32,000 nt of DNA from an uncultured Chlorobiaceae bacterium (GTDB lineage Bacteria; Bacteroidota; Ignavibacteria; UBA10030; SZUA-254). The stretch covers positions 9,986 through 41,985 of the forward strand of contig CAZFQL010000011.1 of the NCBI GenBank assembly GCA_964520905.1, in the 5' to 3' direction. The notes beneath the pieces were generated by a model. That model worked only from the letters and a program-made list of their open reading frames with translations, did not search any database and was not told the origin of the DNA. This document shows, one piece after another, positions 17,066 through 26,070 of this stretch. Each line of letters begins with the position of its first letter. The first letter of the stretch is position 1. The position numbers were made by a program, and so were the translations under genes.

Positions 17066-17688
17066 TGTTGTGTTCCTTTTCCCGAAGGGATGTGCGAATG
17101 CACTCCTTTGGAGGATTCCCACGTTAATTTGTTTAATATTGAATTAAGTTCGTTCATCTGAACTCCGGGGAGATGACTTGCAAATACAATATTTCCGCCT
17201 TTCTCAATGACAAATATATTCTTCAGCGGGCATGTTCCTTCAACATATTCTCCACTATACCTTTTCGAAGCTGTCCCATTCGGGTCATACAAGAATCGAA
17301 ACGAAATTTTGTTTTCCTTCAAAACGGTTTCAACTGTCTTTCGATCTTTCCCGAGTATGCTCACAGCCACAACTTCAACACCTTTTTTCTCGTACTCTGC
17401 CTTCAAACTGAGTACCGTTGGGATTTGAGACTGACAGCCCGCGCACAGATTTGTAAACCATAAAAGAACACCTTTTGTCTTCGTAAGTTTGGACAACGTG
17501 AATTTGTTTCCTCTGAAATCTCGCAATGAAAAGTCCGGCGCTGAGTCACCGACCTTTGGGGCAACCTTATTATTGTTCGTCTGTGCAGATGCTGTTGTCT
17601 GAATGAAGATCGTCCCCAACGACAAGCAAGAGGCAACAAGACAATAAAGTACCAGCTTGTTAATGTGAAGTGAATTGTGTGGAATCAT
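17062..17688 (-). CDS. TlpA/redoxin-family thiol-disulfide oxidoreductase, secreted
   Basis: Signal peptide, GDSAPDFSLRDFRGNKF...GVLLWFTNLCAGCQ thioredoxin-fold CXXC motif. Confidence 0.8.
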   Translation of the reverse strand: MIPHNSLHINKLVLYCLVASCLSLGTIFIQTTASAQTNNNKVAPKVGDSAPDFSLRDFRGNKFTLSKLTKTKGVLLWFTNLCAGCQSQIPTVLSLKAEYEKKGVEVVAVSILGKDRKTVETVLKENKISFRFLYDPNGTASKRYSGEYVEGTCPLKNIFVIEKGGNIVFASHLPGVQMNELNSILNKLTWESSKGVHSHIPSGKGTQQ

Positions 17689-17709
17689 AGAGATTTTTCC
17701 TTTATCTGA

Positions 17710-18969
17710 TTATGCTTTGATAGGAATTTTCATGAGCTTGCTTCCAAGATTGATTGTCGAGCGCAATAAGGACTTCCTCAATCCAAAAGGAGACAACCAC
17801 CACTGCTCGAATAATACTTTACCAAAATGCCATACCCTTCCAATGTTACGAAGTTCAAGTCGTGGGGATGGCTCTCCAAAGAAGTCTCCAAAAGCAAATC
17901 CGGCAAGTCCTTCGCCAGCTTCCAGCATGCAATAACCCGTTCCGCAAAATTCAGCTTTTGGTATACGCCCGTTGATTTCATCTGCGATGCGCTCAGCAAC
18001 AATTTCAGCCTGTACGTGAGCGAAGATTCCGGCTTTCGGCAGCATCATAGGGATATCTGGTTTCCACCGACCGGGAATATTAATGGCAGTGACATCGCCA
18101 ATTGCATAGACGTTCTCATATTTTGTTTTGAGTGTAGAACGATCAACAGAAATCCAGCCCGCTTCATTTGTCAAACCCGCATCACGCACAATACGTGGTC
18201 CCCTGTGTGGTGGAATTGCGATGAGCATATCGTATCGAGCCGGTTCTTTTCCATCAAAAGAGAGCGTATGATTTTGTGAGTCAACTGAAATCAATTTGTG
18301 GAGTGGATGAAAAGCAATTCCCTTCGACGTAAGCATTTGCTTGACTGCTTCACCAAGTTGCGGTCCGGCGACAGGCATCGGTTGCGGCTCGGGTGTATAG
18401 AGGTGAACATTGACTTTATCTTTCAAGCCATCCTCCCGACAAGGTCGGGATCGGGAGAAGTAGTCGGCAACGAGCATAGCGGCTTCGTGTGGCGCACCGG
18501 GGCATTTGTATGGCAATGCAGAAACAACCAATGCAATATTTCCACCGTTAAACTTACCAAGTGCCTGTTGAAGTTTCTTAGTTTCCTCAAATGTGTAAAA
18601 GGAAAAGGCACTTTCGGTAAGGCCCGGTATAAGTTCTGGAGCAAGTTCAGCACCGAGAGCTATAATCAGATAGTCAAAGTTTAGCGGCTGCGTTTTTGTG
18701 GTGATGCGACGATTAGGAATGTCAATGCCCGTCACTTCAGCATGGATGATTTCTATTCCTGAACGAAGAAGCTTTCGGACCGGCTTGGTGATCTTATCAG
18801 CTTTCCGATCACCGGTCATAAGCCAGAGAAACGATGGAGCAAAAGCGTGTTCTGTGTTCTGTTCGACAAGCACAACTTTATGCTCGAGCGGCAACTTGCG
18901 CCGGAGTTCGTTGGCGACGACAATCCCGCCAACGCCTCCACCGAGAATAAGAATAATTTTTCCGTTCAT
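17710..18969 (-). CDS. FAD-dependent sulfide:quinone oxidoreductase-like flavoprotein
   Basis: N-terminal ILILGGGVGGIVVA dinucleotide-binding motif, KCPGAPHE and GYCMLEAG Cys regions, and AIGD FAD motif as in SQR-type enzymes. ATGA overlap with the arsR-family stop. Confidence 0.72.
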   Translation of the reverse strand: MNGKIILILGGGVGGIVVANELRRKLPLEHKVVLVEQNTEHAFAPSFLWLMTGDRKADKITKPVRKLLRSGIEIIHAEVTGIDIPNRRITTKTQPLNFDYLIIALGAELAPELIPGLTESAFSFYTFEETKKLQQALGKFNGGNIALVVSALPYKCPGAPHEAAMLVADYFSRSRPCREDGLKDKVNVHLYTPEPQPMPVAGPQLGEAVKQMLTSKGIAFHPLHKLISVDSQNHTLSFDGKEPARYDMLIAIPPHRGPRIVRDAGLTNEAGWISVDRSTLKTKYENVYAIGDVTAINIPGRWKPDIPMMLPKAGIFAHVQAEIVAERIADEINGRIPKAEFCGTGYCMLEAGEGLAGFAFGDFFGEPSPRLELRNIGRVWHFGKVLFEQWWLSPFGLRKSLLRSTINLGSKLMKIPIKA

Positions 18970-19304
18970 GGTTTCAGCCCTTTGCTTGATTGAAAGAGTT
19001 TTTCTTTCTTATCATGGTTATCCATAAGAACTTCTCGCATCAGGTCGCATGCCTGGATCACCTTGGAACTGGAGATTCTATAGTAAATATTCACTCCTTC
19101 ACGGCGCGCATCAAGGATTCCTGCATTTCTCATTAACGCGAGGTGCTGTGAGACGTTCGCCTTTGAGGTTTTCATTTTCTTAACTATTTCTCCTGCAATC
19201 ATTTCATCTTCTTGTAGGATGCTGAGAATTTCCAGCCGTTTGGGATGAGAGAGAGTTTTACAAACCTCTGCATGTAGATGGAAGATTTGATTCTTCATAG
19301 CCAT
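18966..19304 (-). CDS. ArsR/SmtB-family transcriptional regulator
   Basis: LSHPKRLEILSIL...ANVSQHLALMRNAGIL winged-HTH signature. Two Cys residues (C15 before the HTH, C86 in the C-terminal helix). Confidence 0.85.
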   Translation of the reverse strand: MAMKNQIFHLHAEVCKTLSHPKRLEILSILQEDEMIAGEIVKKMKTSKANVSQHLALMRNAGILDARREGVNIYYRISSSKVIQACDLMREVLMDNHDKKEKLFQSSKGLKP

Positions 19305-19342
19305 AGATTATTTTTTAGTTTCAGAGTTTAGGAATAGCGAAA

Positions 19343-19361
19343 CAATATACTGAACATATTG
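19343..19361. promoter_or_regulatory. candidate ArsR-family operator (CAATAT-N7-ATATTG)
   Basis: Perfect 6-bp inverted repeat with a 7-bp spacer, about 40 bp upstream of the arsR-family start codon. Confidence 0.3.
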
Positions 19362-19448
19362 CCTTTTTGCAAGACCATTCATCCTGTTGCGGTCGTGTGG
19401 ATGAATCATTACTTTTTAAATCATCTTCGAATTGAGTTTGCACCCGTC

Positions 19449-19790
19449 TCATATTGCTTTCTCACCCCGCTCGTTCGTCCGTATTTTGACAACGTCTTCT
19501 ACATCGATGATAAATATTTTCCCATCGCCTGTATTTCCGGTGTGTGAATATTTCTGTATCACATTTGCAACCTGCTCAGCCATGTCATCATTAACAACGA
19601 CTTCTAATTTTACCATTGGAATAAAGTCCACCATTTCATAAGTAACTTTATCCTTTGCATTCCTAGCTCTGCTCTTACCGAATCCTTTTATTTCTGATAC
19701 GGTTACACCCGGCAGTCCCTCAATATTATGAAGCTGCTCGGTTACTTCCAACAGTTTGAACGGTCTTATTATTGCTTTAATCTCTTTCAT
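19449..19790 (-). CDS. P-II (GlnB-like) family protein
   Basis: MKEIKAIIRPFKL...VTVSEIKGFGK...GDGKIFI..V...IRT is the P-II fold signature. It is the last gene downstream of the RND pump. Confidence 0.8.
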   Translation of the reverse strand: MKEIKAIIRPFKLLEVTEQLHNIEGLPGVTVSEIKGFGKSRARNAKDKVTYEMVDFIPMVKLEVVVNDDMAEQVANVIQKYSHTGNTGDGKIFIIDVEDVVKIRTNERGEKAI

Positions 19791-19817
19791 TTTATTTTCC
19801 TTTCCTTATAATTATTT

Positions 19818-19953
19818 ACTGATGTTACGCAAAACTGTCATTCTGAACGAAGTGAAGAATCTCGATGTTTGGTTTTCATTCAATTTTGAGATATTTCGTC
19901 CCGCTGAAAGCGGGACTCAATATGACAAATTAGTGTTCCTGCGTAACATCAGT
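19818..19953. repeat. nested palindromic repeat element, copy 2 (MITE/REP-like)
   Basis: Outer perfect 13-bp inverted repeat actgatgttacgc (19818-19830) / gcgtaacatcagt (19941-19953). Inner arm gtcattctgaacgaagtgaagaatctc (19837-19863) is ~80% identical to the copy 1 arm. Direct ttatttac at 19812-19819 and 19953-19960. Confidence 0.7.
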
Positions 19954-19956
19954 TAT

Positions 19957-22900
19957 TTACATTTCCGCTTCAACTTGTTTCTTTTCAAACCAACTGTAAA
20001 CGGATGGGATTATTAATAACGTCAGCAGAGTTGAAGTAATCAATCCCCCGACGACAACTGTTGCAAGCGGTTTTTGTATCTCCGATCCGGCTCCGCTGGC
20101 AAAGAGCATCGGCATAAGACTGAAAATTGCGATTGATGCCGTCATTAATACAGGCCGCAATCTATCAACGCTTCCTTTTCTGATTGCGTCTTGCAGAATA
20201 ATTCCTTCTTCTCGCAATTGTGAAATGTAAGAGACCAAGACAACACCGTTTAGCACAGCAACGCCAAACAACACTATAAATCCTACCGAAGCCGGAACAG
20301 ATAAATATAATCCGGAAATGTATAGCGAGAAGACTCCGCCAATGAGAGCGAATGGCAAGTTCGAAATTACTAACAGCGCCAATCGAACTGACCTGAATGT
20401 AACGAATAGGAGAAGCAGTATTAGTCCAACCGCAATGGGTCCGATGATCATCAGTTTATTCATCGCTCTTTGCTGATTTTCAAACTGCCCGCCCCAGGTC
20501 AAAAAATAACCGGACGGAAGCTGAACGTTCTCTTTTATCTTTTCTTTTGCCTCGGCAACAAAACTTCCAATATCCCTTCCGCTGATGTTCATCTCGATGC
20601 CGATTCTTCTAATCCCATCTTGCCGGCTAATCTGAACCGGTCCCTCGATCATTTTTACTTCAGCCAACTGTGCAAGAGGGATATTCATTCCCGTTTTTGT
20701 TGGAACCAAAATGTTTTCAATCGCTTCAATGGAATTTCTTTTTTCTTCCGGCAAACGAACAGTGATATCAAAACTCCGGTTCTCTTCATAAAACTTAGAG
20801 GCAGATTTTCCGGCGACAGCTATTTCGATGACATTCTGCACATCGCTGATGTTTAATCCATACCGTGCTATTTTCGAACGGTCAATGTTTACCGTTAGGT
20901 ATGGCTGTCCTGAAACCTTTTCTGTCATTAAGTCGGTTCCTCCTTCAATTGACGAAAGAACTCTTGCAATCTCATCCGCTTTACTTTTGAGTAAATCAAT
21001 ATCTTCACCAAAAAGTTTCAGAATCAATTGCGCTTTTGTTCCGGCAACAAGTTCATCAATTCTGCATTGTATCGGCTGACTGAACCCGAAACCTATACCG
21101 GGTACAGTTTCCAAAGATTCGCGCATTTCATTTGTTAATTCTTCTCTGGAGATATCCCGTTTCCATTCGCTCTTTGGTTTTAATGTTCCAGTGAAATTCG
21201 TATAATCGGCACCCCTGGTATCGAGTGCAATCCCAGTTTGACCGGTTTTTGATACAATTACATCTAATTCATCAAATTCTTTCATTTTCTGTCCCGCAAG
21301 CTGGTTCACTTCCATAGCTTTTGAAAGAGAAACTCCGGGAAGCAAAGCAACATCCATGTCGAACGCACCTTCATCCATGATTGGTATGAACTCCGTTCCC
21401 AATCTTGTGAGAAGGAACAACGCGGCAATTAAAAATAATCCAGAAATACTTAAGATCAGTATTTTTTTCTTCATGGCATATTCTAAAAGCGGCAGATAAT
21501 ATTTTTTTGCGTACTTCATTATGACGCTTTCTTTTTCCTGCTGGGGTTTCAGAAAGAGGGCGCAGAGAACCGGTATGACAAAAATGGAAAGGAGCAATGA
21601 AGAGAGAAGCGCTATCGCGACTGTTTCAGCAAGCGGTCCGAACATCTTTCCTTCTATCCCTTCCAATGAAAGGATCGGAATGAAGGTGATTGCAATGATA
21701 AGTTCGCCGAAGATACTCGGTTTTCTCACCTCCAGCACCGCTCTAAGAACTGTCATTAATTTTGGATGTTTATTGCCTCCATCGCTGAGGTGCCTCTGTA
21801 CATTTTCCACTTGAATGATAGTTGCATCTATGATCATCCCGATGGAGATTGCGAGTCCGCCGAGCGACATTAAGTTCGCGCTCAATCCGACTATCCTCAT
21901 AACAATAAATGTAACAAAGAGGGAAAGAGGTAGGGCAATCAGTACGACAAAACTTCCTCTGAAACTTCTTAATAATAAATACAAGACGATAAGAACTAGA
22001 ATGGCACCTTCAATTAGAGCTTTGTTTACCGTATTCACGCTTGCGTTTACTATATCGCTTCTATCGTAATAAGAAACAATTTTAATTCCATTCGGAAGAA
22101 TATTGTTCTCATTTATTTCTCTAACTTTCTCTACTACTCGCTTAACAACTTCACGGCTGTTCTCACCGCGCAGCATCATTGCAATTCCTCCAACGGCTTC
22201 ATCTTTACCATTAATCATTGCAGCGCCCATTCGCACGGCTTCACCAATTTTTACTTGGGCTACATCTTTTATGTATGTCGGCGTTCCTTCATGAGATTTC
22301 AATACTATGTTCTCAATATCGCTCAGGTCTTTAATTAAACCAACGCCGCGAACAATGTATTGGTCGGAATTCCTTTCGAGAATATTTCCGCCAACGTTTT
22401 GATTATTATTCTCAATGGCGGAATAAACTTCGCCTGCTGTGATGGCATATTTCAGCAATTTTTCCGGCGATACGATTACTTGATACTGCTTGAAATAGCC
22501 GCCGAATGAATTTATTTCGTTTACTCCGGCAACGTTTTTTAATTGCGGTGTGATGATCCATTCTTGAATTGTTCTCAAATTTGTTAAGTAAACAATTTTT
22601 TGAAGAGAATCCTTCGGCATCTCACCTTCGAGTGTGTATTGGTAGATTTCTCCCATCGCCGTTGCGATTGGTCCCATAGCGACTTCAACGCCTTTGGGAA
22701 CATTCTCTCTCGCTTCTGCCAATCGTTCAAAAACCAACTGGCGCGCAAAATAAATATCAATATCATCCTTGAAGATTATGGTTACTATTGAAAGACCGAA
22801 TTTTGTAACCGAACGCATCTGTTCAACATCCGGCAATCCGCGCATAGCCATTTCAATGGGATAAGTAACGTTTCTTTCAATCTCGATTGCTGAGAGTCCA

Positions 22901-23061
22901 TCCGCATGGCTTATGACTTCCACCTGAATATTCGTTACATCCGGGAAAGCGTCAATTGGTAGAGTCAAATATGAATACAATCCGAATACAACAATAAGAA
23001 GAGAAAGAAATATGATCATTCCTTTCTGCTTCAGCGTCAATGAAATTATTTTTTCTAACAT
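19957..23061 (-). CDS. heavy-metal efflux RND permease (CzcA/CusA family)
   Basis: 1034 aa, 12-TM RND architecture with two large periplasmic loops and a CusA/CzcA-like N-terminus. TGATG overlap with the adaptor gene. Confidence 0.92.
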   Translation of the reverse strand: MLEKIISLTLKQKGMIIFLSLLIVVFGLYSYLTLPIDAFPDVTNIQVEVISHADGLSAIEIERNVTYPIEMAMRGLPDVEQMRSVTKFGLSIVTIIFKDDIDIYFARQLVFERLAEARENVPKGVEVAMGPIATAMGEIYQYTLEGEMPKDSLQKIVYLTNLRTIQEWIITPQLKNVAGVNEINSFGGYFKQYQVIVSPEKLLKYAITAGEVYSAIENNNQNVGGNILERNSDQYIVRGVGLIKDLSDIENIVLKSHEGTPTYIKDVAQVKIGEAVRMGAAMINGKDEAVGGIAMMLRGENSREVVKRVVEKVREINENNILPNGIKIVSYYDRSDIVNASVNTVNKALIEGAILVLIVLYLLLRSFRGSFVVLIALPLSLFVTFIVMRIVGLSANLMSLGGLAISIGMIIDATIIQVENVQRHLSDGGNKHPKLMTVLRAVLEVRKPSIFGELIIAITFIPILSLEGIEGKMFGPLAETVAIALLSSLLLSIFVIPVLCALFLKPQQEKESVIMKYAKKYYLPLLEYAMKKKILILSISGLFLIAALFLLTRLGTEFIPIMDEGAFDMDVALLPGVSLSKAMEVNQLAGQKMKEFDELDVIVSKTGQTGIALDTRGADYTNFTGTLKPKSEWKRDISREELTNEMRESLETVPGIGFGFSQPIQCRIDELVAGTKAQLILKLFGEDIDLLKSKADEIARVLSSIEGGTDLMTEKVSGQPYLTVNIDRSKIARYGLNISDVQNVIEIAVAGKSASKFYEENRSFDITVRLPEEKRNSIEAIENILVPTKTGMNIPLAQLAEVKMIEGPVQISRQDGIRRIGIEMNISGRDIGSFVAEAKEKIKENVQLPSGYFLTWGGQFENQQRAMNKLMIIGPIAVGLILLLLFVTFRSVRLALLVISNLPFALIGGVFSLYISGLYLSVPASVGFIVLFGVAVLNGVVLVSYISQLREEGIILQDAIRKGSVDRLRPVLMTASIAIFSLMPMLFASGAGSEIQKPLATVVVGGLITSTLLTLLIIPSVYSWFEKKQVEAEM

Positions 23062-24239
23062 CAGTGTTCATCTCCCGCTATTTCATCTTTTTTCAGTTCG
23101 CTCTTTAAATAAAACACGCCTTTGGACACCACCGTTTCACCTTCTTTCAATCCTTCCTTAATTTCGATCATATTGTCAGAAGATGTCCCGGCTACAACAA
23201 TCCTTTTTTCAAATGTCGTATCGCTTGTTTGAACGAACACATATTCCTGCCCGGTTTCTTTCACAACCGCTTCATCCGGGATCATTATTGCTTCTGCATT
23301 CGCACCGATTGGGATTCTCAATTCACCAAACATCTGCGGTTTCAGTTTATTGTTTGGATTGCTAAACTCAGCGCGTACGGTAATTGTTCTTGACTGCTCG
23401 TCAACCGTTTGACCGATGTATATTATCCGTCCGTTAAATTTTTCGTTCGAATAAGTTGTCGTAGTGAATACAGCATTTGTTTTTTGGTTTATCTTTGCCA
23501 AATCCTTTTCATAAATTTGTCCATCTACCCAAACCGAATTTGTATTGATTACTTTGAAAGCGTTTGTAGTCGCGTCGATAAATTGCCCGATAACAACATT
23601 TCTTTCAACAACAATACCGTCAATGTGTGATTTAATAGGCAGTGTGCCGGAAGTATGTTCATCGCCGATCTTTTCATTTGTTACATCCTCATCATCAAGA
23701 CCGACGGAGTGAATTCTTTTATCTTCTGCCTTGAATTCCGCGAGCGCCTTTTCATACTCGGCTTGATTTTCCAATAGCGCTTTTTGCGAGCCGATTTTTT
23801 CATCGAATAATTTCTTCTGTCTTTCATAATTTGCTTTTGCATAATCGAGAGTTGCCTTTGCTTTTAGGAATCCGGCTTTAATCGTACCAACGTCAAGACC
23901 TTCAACCGTCAATAATGTTTGCCCGGCTTTTACATAATCGCCAACTTTTGCAAATACCTGATGAACTCTTCCTTGCATCAGCGAACCGACTTGTGCTTCA
24001 AGATCCTGATTTGGTATTACCTTCGCAGGTGCAGTTAATGTTCCGGTCAACGGCTCCATCTTTACGGTAAATAGATTTAGACCAATATCAGAGGCACTCT
24101 TTTTTGTTAATGTGATAACCTCATGTTCAGTTTCGGTTTTTTCTGTTGCTATTTTGTCTTTAGATTCGTTACCGCAACCGGGTGCCATGAGACTACCGAT
24201 GATTAATACTAAAATTGGGAAATAAATTCTTGGATTCAT
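23061..24239 (-). CDS. RND efflux periplasmic adaptor (membrane fusion protein, CzcB-like)
   Basis: Lipoprotein-like N-terminus (LMAPGCG), lipoyl/barrel-sandwich and coiled-coil hairpin segments typical of HlyD/MFP proteins. Confidence 0.9.
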   Translation of the reverse strand: MNPRIYFPILVLIIGSLMAPGCGNESKDKIATEKTETEHEVITLTKKSASDIGLNLFTVKMEPLTGTLTAPAKVIPNQDLEAQVGSLMQGRVHQVFAKVGDYVKAGQTLLTVEGLDVGTIKAGFLKAKATLDYAKANYERQKKLFDEKIGSQKALLENQAEYEKALAEFKAEDKRIHSVGLDDEDVTNEKIGDEHTSGTLPIKSHIDGIVVERNVVIGQFIDATTNAFKVINTNSVWVDGQIYEKDLAKINQKTNAVFTTTTYSNEKFNGRIIYIGQTVDEQSRTITVRAEFSNPNNKLKPQMFGELRIPIGANAEAIMIPDEAVVKETGQEYVFVQTSDTTFEKRIVVAGTSSDNMIEIKEGLKEGETVVSKGVFYLKSELKKDEIAGDEH

Positions 24240-24265
24240 GGTATTTACCTTACTATGATAAAATA

Positions 24266-25519
24266 TTATTGATTGATTGAAGCGCCGACGGCAAATTCTA
24301 ACTTCGCCAGCGATGTACTGTAACGAGCCAGTTCTTCAACGTATTCGTTCCGTGATGAAATCAGTGTTTGCCGGGCTTGTAAAAATTCTATGTAAGTGAT
24401 TTCGCCTGCTTCATAACTTGCAAGAGCGGTACGGTACACTTCTTCTGCCTGAGGAAGAATATCTGTCTGATGCAGTATGATTTGCCGCTCATCGTTTTTC
24501 ATTTCTAAAAATGCATTTTTTACATTCACACTAATGAAATTATTTAGAGATTGTAAATCAGATTCAGCAATACTTAAGTTTGCCGATGCTTCCTGAATCT
24601 GGCCACGCTGATCGAATAAAAACCAGAGAGGCAGGGAAATTCCAAAAGAAACACCATAGAAATCCGAGTTGCCATCCACAGTTTGACGATAATAAGAAGC
24701 ATTCAGGTTTGGTAAAAAACTCGACCATGCTAAAGTTCGATCCATGGAAGCAACTGATACTCTGCCGGATGCCGCCTTAATTTGTGGATTGATTGCAAAA
24801 GCCCTTTCTGTTAATTGGTCCAATGTTTCCGTGATTGGCTGGTACACTAAACTATCAGTGAGAATGATTGCATACGACTGATCTTCCTTTCTACGGCCGA
24901 GTGTGTAATACAGTTCGCCAATGGAAATTTTAAGATCATTTTTAGCCACCTCTAAACCGTTTCGTGCCTGTGTGTGCTGTACATTTGCTGTCAGTCGTTC
25001 TAGGTTCGTGGCTTCACCCACGTTATAGCGGATTTCCGCTTTGCGGGCGAAGTCATCGGCAATAGCAAGATTTTCTTCGGCAAGCTCTATTTTTTTCTGT
25101 TTGGCAAGCACGTTGTAATATGCAATCTTGACTCGTGACTTAATTGCAATTGAGGTTGAAGAATGTTCTGCTTCGGCAATCGAAACTTTGGAAGATAACT
25201 GCATACCACGGAATAGAATGTTTGTAGGAAATTCCAACGATTGACTTATTTCGACCGTTCGTTCTCCAAATCGTTTTACATTACTTCCTTTTGGTATGTA
25301 CTGATAGTTGACCGCAACGGAAGGAGACGGTGGTGAAACACCGCGCCAAAGCCGTCCACGTTCAGCATCAATTTGACTCAACGAAGAGAGTGATTGTGGA
25401 TTATTTTTAAGTGCATTAGTAATTGCGTCATTGAGGGACAGTTGTTCTGTAATCTGGGAGAACGAAGTAATCCAGCATGATAGAAATAACAGTCCCATTT
25501 GAGTAAATAAGCGTAACAA
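24266..25519 (-). CDS. TolC-family outer-membrane efflux protein (CzcC-like)
   Basis: 417 aa with two OEP-type repeats (alpha-helical coiled coil plus beta segments). First gene of the three-gene efflux operon. Confidence 0.85.
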   Translation of the reverse strand: MLRLFTQMGLLFLSCWITSFSQITEQLSLNDAITNALKNNPQSLSSLSQIDAERGRLWRGVSPPSPSVAVNYQYIPKGSNVKRFGERTVEISQSLEFPTNILFRGMQLSSKVSIAEAEHSSTSIAIKSRVKIAYYNVLAKQKKIELAEENLAIADDFARKAEIRYNVGEATNLERLTANVQHTQARNGLEVAKNDLKISIGELYYTLGRRKEDQSYAIILTDSLVYQPITETLDQLTERAFAINPQIKAASGRVSVASMDRTLAWSSFLPNLNASYYRQTVDGNSDFYGVSFGISLPLWFLFDQRGQIQEASANLSIAESDLQSLNNFISVNVKNAFLEMKNDERQIILHQTDILPQAEEVYRTALASYEAGEITYIEFLQARQTLISSRNEYVEELARYSTSLAKLEFAVGASINQ

Positions 25520-25596
25520 AGCGAACCTCGCTTAAAAGATTTTTAAAATTTATGAATTATAGAAACCCGAAATAAACGGGCAGCAGCGTTAGAGAG

Positions 25597-25944
25597 TTAC
25601 GCTTTTGGAGGGTGATAGATGCTTTGGACTGGAGCAGTCGGAATAGAGAATGAAATAACTACTGTGTTATTCTCAGGTTGAAATGAAGATGATACGGTTG
25701 ATAGAACACTCGTAATTGCCGGTATGTGGCAAATGCAGGTGCAGTGATCGGAATGATTGTCATCGGGATTAGTGGGTGAATTCTGATGACTGCCGAGCAA
25801 TTCACAAACCAATGTTGAACATTGATCAGTGTCGTTACCGTTTAGGCAATTAATATCACCACACCATAACATGGAAATGGTAAGGCAGAAAATTACGATC
25901 AGATTTGTCGTTTGCGGGTAATATTTCGAGAGTTTTAGTATCAA
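25597..25944 (-). CDS. small membrane-anchored Cys/His-rich protein
   Basis: N-terminal hydrophobic anchor, then WCGDINC, QCSTLVCE, HSDHCTCICHIP and C-terminal YHPP. It lies directly upstream of czcC. The coding call rests on ORF length and position only. Confidence 0.4.
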   Translation of the reverse strand: MILKLSKYYPQTTNLIVIFCLTISMLWCGDINCLNGNDTDQCSTLVCELLGSHQNSPTNPDDNHSDHCTCICHIPAITSVLSTVSSSFQPENNTVVISFSIPTAPVQSIYHPPKA

Positions 25945-26011
25945 CTATTATAATCTATGAATATTTCTATATTTATCCAAGTCTAATTTATAAATTTATC
26001 GAAAACTTCAA

Positions 26012-26044
26012 ATGTGGGTTTGCAGGTTTTCTCCAAACCCACAT
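26012..26044 (-). terminator. hairpin downstream of the T9SS-tagged protein gene
   Basis: Perfect 11-bp stem atgtgggtttg/caaacccacat with an 11-nt loop, followed on the minus strand by a T-rich tract (ttgaagttttcg). Confidence 0.55.
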
Positions 26045-26070
26045 GTTGGAGTCAAAAGGTGTGATTCGAT

